DNA of 64,000 nucleotides from the NCBI GenBank assembly GCA_937923175.1, contig CALALB010000039.1, positions 4,963 to 68,962 on the forward strand, in the 5' to 3' direction. Below are positions 53,838-63,009 of this stretch, piece after piece (position 1 is the first letter of the stretch; each line of letters starts with the position of its first letter). This stretch comes from an uncultured Chromatiaceae bacterium (lineage in GTDB: Bacteria > Pseudomonadota > Gammaproteobacteria > Chromatiales > Chromatiaceae). Below the pieces are notes generated by a model. That model saw only the letters and a list, made by a program, of their open reading frames with translations, was not told the DNA's origin and searched no databases. The position numbers and the translations under genes were made by a program.

Positions 53838-54764
53838 ATGGAGATTATGATCTGCATCATCCAGCGCGATGGGGCGGTGCGCCCGCGCGTCTTGCCGCTG
53901 ATGGTCGATGAGACCGGGATCGAGATCGGCCGGGCCCTCAGTTGTGACCTCTGTCTCGAGGATCCAGAGCGGGCCATCTCGCATCGGCATGCGCGCATCC
54001 ATGAATCTGGAGGCCAACTCTGGGTGACCGATCTCAGCCGCAATGGAACCCTGCTCAATGGTGCGCCCCTGCCTTCCCAGCAGCCAGTTGTCCTGCGGGA
54101 TAAGGATTGGCTGTCGATCGGTCCTTATGAGCTGCGGGTCATCCTAGATACCGGTGCGGCTGCGGGCGAGCCAGCACAAGCGCCTCTCCAGCCTCAATCG
54201 ATCCCTGAACCCATGACCCAAGCCGCAACTGTCCCTCTTGCCATGCAGTCCGAGCAGACCCAGGTCCTGGCTGAGGCCAGGACTGCGGTGGTGGGTGAGG
54301 TCGCCCAGCGTCTAAAGGATGTCGGCCAGACCCAACCAATAGCCACAACCCCGCCTGGCGAGGCTCACACCCGGTGGCTGCATACCCCGGTCGATCTGCC
54401 TGATCCAGGAAACCGAACCGGCGTCCTGACTGAACGCACCCAGGTCTTATCCCGGTCGCCCGCCGCGCCAGCGACGCAAATCCTCTCTCAGAGGCCAACG
54501 CCCGAACCTACCCGGGTGCTCGTGCCGGCCCCAGATGGGCACGCTGACCTGATCGAGACGGTCCTGGCGATCCTCAGCGAGCGCTTTGATCCCGCCGGTA
54601 TAGAACAGCGCCTGCTGGGTCATCCAGGACCTGCGTTCAGCGATCAAGAGCGGGCGCGCTGTTGGGAGGGGTTTAAGGCCGCCTATCCTGGTCTACTGAT
54701 TGAGATCCGGGCGGCCTTGGACGAGCAAAAAAAAAGGCGGGGCGGTATCCTCGAGCCAGACTGA
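53838..54764 (+). CDS. FHA domain protein with Pro/Gln/Thr-rich linker
   Basis: N-terminal FHA core (IEIGRALSCDLCLEDPERAISHRHARI...LWVTDLSRNGTLLNG). Divergent from the kinase gene. Confidence 0.8.
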   Translation: MEIMICIIQRDGAVRPRVLPLMVDETGIEIGRALSCDLCLEDPERAISHRHARIHESGGQLWVTDLSRNGTLLNGAPLPSQQPVVLRDKDWLSIGPYELRVILDTGAAAGEPAQAPLQPQSIPEPMTQAATVPLAMQSEQTQVLAEARTAVVGEVAQRLKDVGQTQPIATTPPGEAHTRWLHTPVDLPDPGNRTGVLTERTQVLSRSPAAPATQILSQRPTPEPTRVLVPAPDGHADLIETVLAILSERFDPAGIEQRLLGHPGPAFSDQERARCWEGFKAAYPGLLIEIRAALDEQKKRRGGILEPD

Positions 54765-54893
54765 GCCAATCAGCTGGCCCAGTGGGTCCAGGATAGCCTT
54801 TGGCCAGGGTCGATCCCTTGCCTCTATCCCAGGGAGCGGGTGATATATGCTAATGCGATCCAGACAAAACCATTGCGAGCAGGCTCATTGGTC

Positions 54894-55208
54894 ATGCCTT
54901 ACTATCGCCAGCATGTCTTTTTCTGTATCAATCAGCGCGAGGACGGGCGCCAATGCTGCGCCCAGGCCAATGCAGCGGCCATGCGGGATCATCTCAAGCG
55001 CCGGGTCCAGGAATCGGGGCTTGCTGGAGTCGGGGGGGTGCGGGTCAATACGGCCGGCTGTCTGGGACGCTGTGCCGAAGGTCCGGTGATCGTGATCTAT
55101 CCCGAGGCTGTTTGGTATACCTATACCCAGGTGCAGGATCTCGAAGAGATCCTCAAGGAGCATCTAGCCGGTGGCCGGATCGTCGAACGCCTACGCCTGG
55201 CCGATTGA
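54894..55208 (+). CDS. (2Fe-2S) ferredoxin, thioredoxin-like fold
   Basis: 104 aa from ATG 54894. HVFFCINQR...CC ... NTAGCLGRCAEGPVIVIYPEAVWY is the thioredoxin-like [2Fe-2S] ferredoxin pattern. Confidence 0.7.
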   Translation: MPYYRQHVFFCINQREDGRQCCAQANAAAMRDHLKRRVQESGLAGVGGVRVNTAGCLGRCAEGPVIVIYPEAVWYTYTQVQDLEEILKEHLAGGRIVERLRLAD

Positions 55209-55319
55209 GCAAATCGCTGGGGGGCACGCCGCCCGGCGGTGCCTGAATGGGCAGCGCAGGCTGGTTCACACCAGCGAAGGCCGGTGTCTGGCTTCATCCC
55301 GGCCGATGCCGGGGTCTGG

Positions 55320-55339
55320 ATTCCGGCTTTCGCCGGAAT
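55320..55339. repeat. REP-like palindrome, same family as 45549-45568
   Basis: ATTCCGGC-TTTC-GCCGGAAT followed by GAC, preceded by a second hairpin CCCGGC-CGAT-GCCGGG. A degenerate copy ends at 55580 (CATCCGAATGAC). Confidence 0.8.
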
Positions 55340-55362
55340 GACTTCTCACTGTCACCTCGGAT

Positions 55363-55456
55363 TAGGCCGTGGCAATATCCACTTATTCTGGCATAGGCCA
55401 TGGCAATACCCCATCAACCTGACATAGGCCGTTGCCCCATCCCCACATCCTAGCCC
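55363..55456. repeat. three (to four) degenerate direct repeats with exact 31-bp spacing
   Basis: TAGGCCGTGGCAATA at 55363, TAGGCCATGGCAATA at 55394 and TAGGCCGTTGCCCCA at 55425. A weaker TAGCCC is at 55451. Confidence 0.7.
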
Positions 55457-55796
55457 AGGCAGGGGCATCACCCAGTCACCCTGGGGCAGGCCGGGGTCCA
55501 GGAGAACCTTGGTGGCGAGGCGGATGGTTCCGGATCCCGTGTTAGGTTCCAGATTTCGTTCCGGCCTTCATCCGAATGACTTGACTGACAGCGCCTGCCG
55601 CGATTCCGCCGCCTCTCCTAGGCCAGACTCAACACCATCCCTTCCTTCGCATCCCATCCATGCGGACCCAGTTGGCACAGGGTGTCTTGCGTTCCCCCGG
55701 AGAGGTCTTTAAAATCCGCCGTCTTCATAGATATCGATTAACCAGTTTTCATGGCCGTGCGCCTTGTGGGATAGCGCGCGGTTTTCGGAGCAAGCC

Positions 55797-56228
55797 ATGA
55801 ATATGACCCCTAGTGCCAAGCCTGCCGAGGTGCGCCGTGCTTGGTACCTTGTCGATGCCGAGGGTAAAACGCTCGGTAGACTTGCCAGCGAGTTGGCACG
55901 CCGTCTGCGCGGTAAACACAAACCTCAATACACGCCGCATATCGACACCGGCGATTGTCTGGTCGTGGTCAATGCCGCCAAGATCCGCGTCACTGGTAAC
56001 AAGCTGAAGGACAAGACCTATTACTGGCATAGCGGCTATGTCGGTCATCTTAAGTCGATCAGCCTGGAAAAACTGTTGCAAAAGGCGCCTGAACAGGTCA
56101 TCGAACACGCGGTCAAGGGAATGTTGCCGCGCGGTCCGCTTGGTCGCGCCATGTTCAAAAAGCTGCATGTCTATGCAGGGCCAGAGCATCGCCATCAGGC
56201 CCAGCAGCCGCAGCCACTTGATATCTAA
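55797..56228 (+). CDS. rplM: 50S ribosomal protein L13
   Basis: [49 protein letters not shown] 55797 with GGAG upstream. Confidence 0.95.
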   Translation: MNMTPSAKPAEVRRAWYLVDAEGKTLGRLASELARRLRGKHKPQYTPHIDTGDCLVVVNAAKIRVTGNKLKDKTYYWHSGYVGHLKSISLEKLLQKAPEQVIEHAVKGMLPRGPLGRAMFKKLHVYAGPEHRHQAQQPQPLDI

Positions 56229-56253
56229 GGTTTAGGGTTTTAGGACGAAACTC

Positions 56254-56643
56254 ATGTCTCAGGTTTGTCTCACCACCGGTCGTCGTAAAACCGCCTCGGC
56301 GCGGGTGTTCCTGTCGCCAGGTTCTGGCACCATCACGGTCAATGGCCGTTCCCTGGACGACTATTTTGGACGCGAGACCGCACGCATGATCGTGCGTCAG
56401 CCGCTTGAGGCTGCCGGTCTCGTCGATCAGGTCGATCTCAAGATCACGGTGCGCGGCGGTGGCAATAGCGGTCAAGCGGGTGCAATCCGGCATGGGATCG
56501 CGCGTGCCCTGGTGGCCTATAATGAAGACCTGCGCCAAGTCATGCGCCGCGGTGGTTTTCTTACCCGCGATGCCCGCGAGGTCGAGCGCAAAAAGGTCGG
56601 CTTGCATAAGGCGCGCAAACGCCCGCAATACTCCAAACGCTAA
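56254..56643 (+). CDS. rpsI: 30S ribosomal protein S9
   Basis: [13 protein letters not shown] ... [19 protein letters not shown] ... C-terminal KRPQYSKR. Confidence 0.95.
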   Translation: MSQVCLTTGRRKTASARVFLSPGSGTITVNGRSLDDYFGRETARMIVRQPLEAAGLVDQVDLKITVRGGGNSGQAGAIRHGIARALVAYNEDLRQVMRRGGFLTRDAREVERKKVGLHKARKRPQYSKR

Positions 56644-56653
56644 AACCCTTTTC

Positions 56654-56727
56654 TGGGGAATCGTCTAACGGCAGGACAGCGGACTCTGACTCCGTTAATC
56701 TAGGTTCGAATCCTAGTTCCCCAGCCA
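56654..56727 (+). tRNA. tRNA-Gln (anticodon CTG), 74 nt, CCA encoded
   Basis: TGGGGAATCGTCTAACGGCAGGACAGCGGACTCTGACTCCGTTAATCTAGGTTCGAATCCTAGTTCCCCAGCCA. Acceptor TGGGGAA pairs with TTCCCCA, T-loop is GGTTCGAATCC, anticodon loop is CTCTGAC. Confidence 0.9.
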
Positions 56728-56737
56728 ATGCTCGCCC

Positions 56738-56770
56738 GGCCCTGGAGTGACCGCCAGGGCCTTTTGTTTG
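56738..56770 (+). terminator. rho-independent terminator after rplM-rpsI-tRNA-Gln, placed between convergent units
   Basis: GGCCCTGG-AGTGACCG-CCAGGGCC followed by TTTTGTTTG. The recD stop is 26 nt further on the other strand. Confidence 0.8.
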
Positions 56771-56795
56771 CGATTGTCGAATCGACCGCGGTTCC

Positions 56796-59045
56796 CTATC
56801 TATCTGATCTCGGCTCCAGGGCAAGCGCCAGACCGCTGATCCTTTGCACGCGCCGCTGCAATGTCTTTGCGAGTATCTCGTCTTGGCAATCGATCAGGGT
56901 TAGAGAAGACCTGGCGCGGGTGATGCCGGTATAGAGCAGCTCGCGGGTCAGAAGCGGTGTATCCGTATCCGGCAGGACCAAGGCGACATGTTCGAACTCG
57001 GAGCCCTGGGATTTATGTACGGTCATGGCAAAGACGGTCTCGACCGCTTGCAGACGGCTCGGCGAGATCCAACGGATGCCGCTACCCGAGCTGGACAGAA
57101 AGGCCACGCGCAATAGCCCGCCTAGCTGTGGTTGCTCAGACATCGGCTGGGTGCAATAGGTCCCCTCGATCTGTCCAGCAGGATGGGTGGCCGCAGGGCA
57201 CGAGAGATTGAGTCCCTCGGGTATCCTGAGGGTAATCCCGATATCCCCGTTCATCAGACCCAAGACATAGTCATTGCGCGTCACCATGACCGGGCGGCCT
57301 TCAAACCACAGATACTGGGCGGACCCAGCAAGGGGTGGGAGGTGTTGAGCCAGCATCCGTTGGATGCGTTGATTGAGTCCCTCGGTTCCCCAGGGGCCAT
57401 GGCGCAATGGGGTCAGCAACTGAAAATGCGCCTGGGCTCGCAGCACCGCCCGGGCCCAGTTGGCAAAGGCTGCAGGTTCGGCATCCGGGGGTGGGCGTAG
57501 GTATTGGATGATCGCCAGATAGCCGCTGGGCGCGCTGGGATCCCCTGCTCGCCACCTGGGTTTGGGGCGCCCATCCGCGCCAAGACCCTGCCAATAGCCC
57601 GCATAGGCCAGCTCCTCGAGGCGATGGTCCTGGGGGTCGCGCAGCCGGATATGCCGGATCATCCCCTGGGAGTGGGGCGTGCCTTGCGCTTGGGCAAATA
57701 GATCCTCGAGAGCGGCGAGCGGGGCCGAGGGTCTAGGTGCAGCATCCGGGTTTGCCGCTATCTGACCGCCATTTCTGACCAGCTCGGCCAGGGCGCCGAT
57801 CCCGCCCTCGGCGCTAAAGCGAAAGCTTGCGCGCAGCATGGCGATCGCCTGATCCAGGGGTTGGCCGTGCGGATCGATCAGGGCATCGGGCAGACGAACA
57901 CCTGTCACCTGCTCGAGCCAGGCGCGGGTTTGGGGGGTGTAGTGTCCCTCTGGAGCGCGCTGGCAGAGATCGCCGAGCACTGCCCCGGCCTCGACCGAGG
58001 CCAGTTGATCCTTGTCGCCGATCAGGATCAGGCGCGCCTCTGGGCGCAGGGCATCGAGCAAGGCGGCCAGGCGTTCGACATCGATCATGGATGCCTCATC
58101 GACGATCACCACATCCGCCGGCAATGGGTGCTGGCGGTCATAGCGCAAGCGGGATGAATCCGGGCGTGCGCCCAGCAAACGGTGCAGGGTTTGGGCCTCA
58201 GTCGGGATCTGGTTTGCCCATGACTCTTTGTCTGGCCAGAGGGTGGAAAGAAGGCGGTAGATGGAGGCGGTCAGCGCCTCGTTGAGCCGGGCAGCGGCCT
58301 TGCCGGTCGGGGCCGCGAGGCGGACGGACAGGGGTGGGCGGCCCGAGGCATATGCCAGGCCCTGGAGCAGGATCAACAGACGAGCAACTGTGGTCGTCTT
58401 GCCTGTACCTGGTCCGCCGGTGATCACGGCAAAGGACGAGCGCGCTGCCAAGGCACAGGCGATCCGCTGCCAGGGCAAGACATCGGGCGGGTCATCGACA
58501 AAGAGGCGATCGAGCCAAGTGCGCAGGAGATCCTGATCCAGGTTTAAGGGCTGGGCTAGACGCTGGCGGATGCCGGCAAGGATCTGTTGTTCATAGAGCC
58601 AGTAGCGGCGCAGATAGAGCAGTGGATGCTCAGGGGTACCGCCCAAGACCAAGGGCCTGACCTCCGCAATGGCAATGCCTGTCTCATCCTCAGGGGGAGG
58701 CAATGGTTGGACGCCGCGCCGATCCTCGACCGCTGGGCTTGCAGCCAGACGTTCGGCCCAGGCGTTGAGGTCCAGAGCCTGCAGCCGGGTTAAAAGGGGA
58801 AAGATCGCTGATCGATAGACCTCTGGTTGGTTTGACCAATCGCCGCTGGCCAGGGCCTCTGCCAGATCCAGACAGACATGGCCGTGACCGCTGCGTGCAC
58901 AGGTCAGGGCGATCGCCAGCAAGACCGCCGGATCCTGCTCGGGGGCCTGCTGATGGATAAAGCGGGTGAAGGCGAGATCCAGTGGACGCAGACCTCCGGT
59001 CTTTGCCCAGTCTGCAAGTGCGGCCAAGAGTTCAGCTGCCTGCAT
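56796..59045 (-). CDS. recD: exodeoxyribonuclease V alpha subunit
   Basis: Walker A ITGGPGTGKTTTV, helicase motifs VIVDEASMID and AMTVHKSQGSEF. 749 aa. Overlaps the recB stop by 14 nt. Confidence 0.9.
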   Translation of the reverse strand: MQAAELLAALADWAKTGGLRPLDLAFTRFIHQQAPEQDPAVLLAIALTCARSGHGHVCLDLAEALASGDWSNQPEVYRSAIFPLLTRLQALDLNAWAERLAASPAVEDRRGVQPLPPPEDETGIAIAEVRPLVLGGTPEHPLLYLRRYWLYEQQILAGIRQRLAQPLNLDQDLLRTWLDRLFVDDPPDVLPWQRIACALAARSSFAVITGGPGTGKTTTVARLLILLQGLAYASGRPPLSVRLAAPTGKAAARLNEALTASIYRLLSTLWPDKESWANQIPTEAQTLHRLLGARPDSSRLRYDRQHPLPADVVIVDEASMIDVERLAALLDALRPEARLILIGDKDQLASVEAGAVLGDLCQRAPEGHYTPQTRAWLEQVTGVRLPDALIDPHGQPLDQAIAMLRASFRFSAEGGIGALAELVRNGGQIAANPDAAPRPSAPLAALEDLFAQAQGTPHSQGMIRHIRLRDPQDHRLEELAYAGYWQGLGADGRPKPRWRAGDPSAPSGYLAIIQYLRPPPDAEPAAFANWARAVLRAQAHFQLLTPLRHGPWGTEGLNQRIQRMLAQHLPPLAGSAQYLWFEGRPVMVTRNDYVLGLMNGDIGITLRIPEGLNLSCPAATHPAGQIEGTYCTQPMSEQPQLGGLLRVAFLSSSGSGIRWISPSRLQAVETVFAMTVHKSQGSEFEHVALVLPDTDTPLLTRELLYTGITRARSSLTLIDCQDEILAKTLQRRVQRISGLALALEPRSDR

Positions 59046-62000
59046 GGCCCTTTTCTCCTGCCAGCAGGAGATCCAGTGCCTCGATCAGGGTATAGGGCGG
59101 ACGCTCCATGAACAGCCCCTGGGTCGGGGATTCGGCGCCGCGCACAAAGACATAGATTGCCCCCCCGAGATGGCGCTCGTAGTCATAGTCGGCGAGACGG
59201 GCTCTCAGCTGCCGATGCAAGGCGAGCAGATAGATCACCGCTTGCAGATCATAGCGGTGCTCAAGAATGGCTGCGCGCATGGCCTCCTGGGTATAGGCGC
59301 TGTCGTCTGGCCCAAGCCAGTTCGACTTCCAGTCGAGCACGTAATAACGCCCCTGATGCACAAAGGCGAGGTCGATGAAGCCCTTCAGCATGCCGTTGAG
59401 CAGGGTACCATTCACCAGTGAACGCGCCTGGCCAGGGAGGATAGACTGGCTGATCCACCGATCGAATACGCGCGGGTCGCATGTCTGCGCCTCCAGCCAA
59501 AACTCAAGCTCAACCTGATACTGTTCAGGTTGCAGATCGACCAGACGCAAGGGAGGTACCTCGAGCCTGTCCAGAGACCAATGGCGATCCAGCATCCCGC
59601 AGAGCCAATGATCGAGCATCTGGGTCCAGTCGTTGAGCCGGCGGTGGGCGCAGCGCCGGGCGATGAGTTGCAGGCGCGTCTCTGGGTCGTTACGGGCAGC
59701 GGCAAAGCCCTGGATTGCCGCCCATTCCAATAGGCCATGCAGAAAGGTGCCGTAACGCCCGCCGCGAGGGAAATCATGGAGAGACCGGATCCCAGCACTG
59801 CCCCTTGGGGTGATCCCGTGGATCCTATCCGCTGGGATTAGGGGTGTGCCCTCCCAATCCACAGTGCCGGCCAGGCCCTGGTCCCCTGTGCCTTCCTCGC
59901 GCGCAAGCTCTTCGCCAGCGGTCTCGGGTGCATCGGGTTCAGCGACTTGGATGGGACCTGGGCCAAAGGATAGAAGGCCTGGGGATAAACCCGCTTGGCC
60001 GGGGTGCTCGGCTCGGGTCGGCAGACCCAGATCCTGGGGATCGCCATGGTCGGTTTGGGCGCGCAGGGCCGAATAGCTGCTGATCCACCAGGGATGCCAA
60101 TGCCAATGTCTGAGGGTGCGGGCCTGACCCAATGATTCGGGCGGGGTGAGAGGGGGGGATCCCGGGGTATCATAGCCGAGCTGGGCAGACCTCTCTGTTT
60201 CGAGCAGGTTTAAACCGGGCAGTTGCGCCAGGATCCGACTGAGATCCGCAGGCGCAGTTTCCTGGGAGACACCCAGCAGATAGCCGATGGCAGACCGACG
60301 GAGGTCGGAAATCATGCCGAGTCCCAGCCAAACGGCATACTGGGCCCGGGTCAGGGCGACATAGAGCTTACGCAGATCCTCACCCAGACGTTCTTGGTCA
60401 AGCTGGGTGAGATTGTGCTCCTCGGCAATCAGCTGGACGCGCCGCCGATGATCGGCATCATGGATCAGGATCGGGGGTTTGGCCTCGGTAATCGGGCGGC
60501 AGTCAGCGACGAACGGCAGCAAGACCAGGGGATATTGCAGGCCCTTGGATTTATGGATCGTGACGATCCGCACCAGCTCGGCATCGTTTTCCAGACGCAG
60601 CTGATAGGATTCAGGCGTATCCGCTGAATCGCAATCGGCAATCGCCTCGGCGAAAAAACGCAATAGCGCCTGCTCACCATCGAGCTCAAGGCTGGCCTGG
60701 TGCAGCAATTCGCCCAAATGCAAAAGATCGGTCAGATCGCGCTCGCCCGTCTGGGTTGCAAGCAGGCGGGCGGCGATCCCAAAGACGTTGATCAATCGAT
60801 AGAGCATGGGCAACAAACCCTGCTGCTGCCACCGCAGGTGCAGGGCACGCAGACCTTCGCACTCTCGCTCCCACATGAGCTCATCGCGATTGAGCCGATC
60901 GAGATCGGCCAGGGAACGCCCAAGCAGTCGACTGGCCAGGGCCTGGCGGAGCAGGCCGTCATCAAATGGATTAGCGATGGCCCGCAGGACAATGAGCAGC
61001 TCAGCAGCCACCCAGGTCGCAAAGACGCTTTGACGCTCGGAAAGATAAACGCTGGGGATACCGAGAGATCGGAGCGCCTGGCGCATCACCTCGGCCTCCT
61101 GCATATTGTTGACCAGGACGCTTAGGTCGCTGGCCGCGAGCGGGCGCCAGCCGTCTGGATCGCCGGGCAGAAGCGCCTGCCCCATACGCCCAAGCCGCAA
61201 GAGCTCGGCGATTTGGCGGGCGGCGATCTCGGCGCTGCGCGCGCGATAATCCCCCTTAGAGAGGTTTGCTCGGGTCTCCTCCGGTTCGATGATCCAGGCC
61301 GAGAGGGGGGGATGGGGTTGGTCCCTGAGCTTAAAGAGACGCTCGGGCGCAGTGCCAGCGTTTGCAGACACAAAGGGGAGGGCATCGCCCAACAAAAAGG
61401 CGCCCTGGGCGCGTCCCTCGCCCAGGGTAAAGAGTGCATTGACCGCCTCGATCAGCTTGGGTGTGGCGCGATAATTGGTCTTTAGGGTGAAATGACGGCC
61501 CTGGGTTGCGATCCGGGCCCTTAGATAGGCGTGGATATCGGCCCCGCGAAAGCCATAGATCGCCTGTTTGGGATCACCGACCATGAGCAGGCAGGTGGTT
61601 GGATCATTGGCGCGGAGGTCATAGATTGCATCCAGGATGCGATATTGCAGTGGATCGGTATCCTGGAACTCATCGACCATGACCGCAGGAAACTGGCGCC
61701 GGATCAGCGCTGCCAATTGGCTGCCCCAGGGACCCTGGAGCGCCCTGGCGAGCTGCACCAAGAGGTCCTGCTGGGTCAAGAGGCCCAGGCGTTGCTTGTC
61801 CCGTTCGATCCGTCCCCAGATCCAGTGGGCGGCATGGAGCAGCAGGTTAGGGAAGGGTTTGGGGGGCAAGGCCGCAAGGCGCTCCTGGAGTTCGGCCAGG
61901 GCACGACAGGCGGAATGATCGATGGGGGCCTGATCCCGATCGTGCCAGATCTCCCTAACTGCCCTAGAGGACATCCGCTCCCAGGACTTATTGGCGAAGA

Positions 62001-62934
62001 TCGCCGGTTTCTCCTGCTCGGGGTCGGCGAGCCAGGCTGCAAGCGCATTGAGAACCTGCTCGCGGTGATTCCGGTTTAGGCGTTGCTGATCAAACGACTT
62101 GGCGCGCGCTGCCTCAGCGAAGAGGTCCCTGAGGTCGGCGACATAACCCTGCTGACGCCACTCCGACTTGATCTGTTCCAGCTGGGCCCGCCATATGGAG
62201 ACCCAGCCCTTTAGGATCAGCTGCGGCGATTCATTCGGAGGGGGCTGCAGTTCATCGATCAGGGAGAGGAGCGGCCGGATCTCGTTGGCCAGCGCCTGGG
62301 GGTCTCGCCAGCGATCCAGCAGGATCGGCAAGAGATCCGCATCCAGCCCCAAGACGAAGATCCGCCAATAATCCTCGGCGGCCTGTTGCGTCAGTGCATG
62401 CGCCTCATTCTCCAGCTGCGGCCCTAAGGCGGCCGCTGCCGCAAAGGCGGTCCCAAGGCCCATCCCGTGCTCGCGCAACATCCGGTAACACCAGGCGTGG
62501 ATGGTGAGGATCGCTGCCTCGTCCATCCACTGGGCAGCCAGCCTCAGGCGCTGGGCACAATAGGCCCGATCCCCCTCAGGCATCTCGGTGCAGAGCCGGA
62601 TCAAAAGAGGATCCAGCCCAGAGGTCTGGGTCTGGCACTCACCTTGAAAGAACTCTGCTGCCTCGACAAGACGGTGCCGGATACGTTCGCGGATTTCCTC
62701 GGTCGCCGCCCGCGTAAAGGTTATGACCAGGATCTCTGGCGGCATCAGCGGACGGGCAAAGGCTGCCTCCTTGCCCCCGTGCCCCAGAATCAGACGCAGA
62801 TAGAGTAAGGCCAGGGTATAGGTCTTGCCGGTGCCGGCGCTGGCCTCGATCAGGCGCGCCCCCCGAAGCGGCAGACGCAAGGGCGCGAGTGCCTCGTTTG
62901 CTGCGAACTGACAAAACGGATCTGCCTCGGCCAT
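59032..62934 (-). CDS. recB: exodeoxyribonuclease V beta subunit
   Basis: 1300 aa. N-terminal UvrD-type IEASAGTGKTYTLA. C-terminal PD-(D/E)xK nuclease GFIDLAFVHQGRYYVLDWKSN. Confidence 0.93.
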   Translation of the reverse strand: MAEADPFCQFAANEALAPLRLPLRGARLIEASAGTGKTYTLALLYLRLILGHGGKEAAFARPLMPPEILVITFTRAATEEIRERIRHRLVEAAEFFQGECQTQTSGLDPLLIRLCTEMPEGDRAYCAQRLRLAAQWMDEAAILTIHAWCYRMLREHGMGLGTAFAAAAALGPQLENEAHALTQQAAEDYWRIFVLGLDADLLPILLDRWRDPQALANEIRPLLSLIDELQPPPNESPQLILKGWVSIWRAQLEQIKSEWRQQGYVADLRDLFAEAARAKSFDQQRLNRNHREQVLNALAAWLADPEQEKPAIFANKSWERMSSRAVREIWHDRDQAPIDHSACRALAELQERLAALPPKPFPNLLLHAAHWIWGRIERDKQRLGLLTQQDLLVQLARALQGPWGSQLAALIRRQFPAVMVDEFQDTDPLQYRILDAIYDLRANDPTTCLLMVGDPKQAIYGFRGADIHAYLRARIATQGRHFTLKTNYRATPKLIEAVNALFTLGEGRAQGAFLLGDALPFVSANAGTAPERLFKLRDQPHPPLSAWIIEPEETRANLSKGDYRARSAEIAARQIAELLRLGRMGQALLPGDPDGWRPLAASDLSVLVNNMQEAEVMRQALRSLGIPSVYLSERQSVFATWVAAELLIVLRAIANPFDDGLLRQALASRLLGRSLADLDRLNRDELMWERECEGLRALHLRWQQQGLLPMLYRLINVFGIAARLLATQTGERDLTDLLHLGELLHQASLELDGEQALLRFFAEAIADCDSADTPESYQLRLENDAELVRIVTIHKSKGLQYPLVLLPFVADCRPITEAKPPILIHDADHRRRVQLIAEEHNLTQLDQERLGEDLRKLYVALTRAQYAVWLGLGMISDLRRSAIGYLLGVSQETAPADLSRILAQLPGLNLLETERSAQLGYDTPGSPPLTPPESLGQARTLRHWHWHPWWISSYSALRAQTDHGDPQDLGLPTRAEHPGQAGLSPGLLSFGPGPIQVAEPDAPETAGEELAREEGTGDQGLAGTVDWEGTPLIPADRIHGITPRGSAGIRSLHDFPRGGRYGTFLHGLLEWAAIQGFAAARNDPETRLQLIARRCAHRRLNDWTQMLDHWLCGMLDRHWSLDRLEVPPLRLVDLQPEQYQVELEFWLEAQTCDPRVFDRWISQSILPGQARSLVNGTLLNGMLKGFIDLAFVHQGRYYVLDWKSNWLGPDDSAYTQEAMRAAILEHRYDLQAVIYLLALHRQLRARLADYDYERHLGGAIYVFVRGAESPTQGLFMERPPYTLIEALDLLLAGEKGHAGS

Positions 62935-63009
62935 GGTGAAATGGGTGTATCGCTTGCGGAATGCTCGAGCGCTCAGGGGTCCTGGGATCAGTGGTTGCGG
63001 TTGCAGCGC

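Noticed and set aside
55363-55456. Regularly spaced repeats considered as a mini-CRISPR array.
   Set aside because: There are only 3-4 units, the repeats are about 15 nt and degenerate, the 'spacers' are about 16 nt, and there are no cas genes. This is not a CRISPR array.
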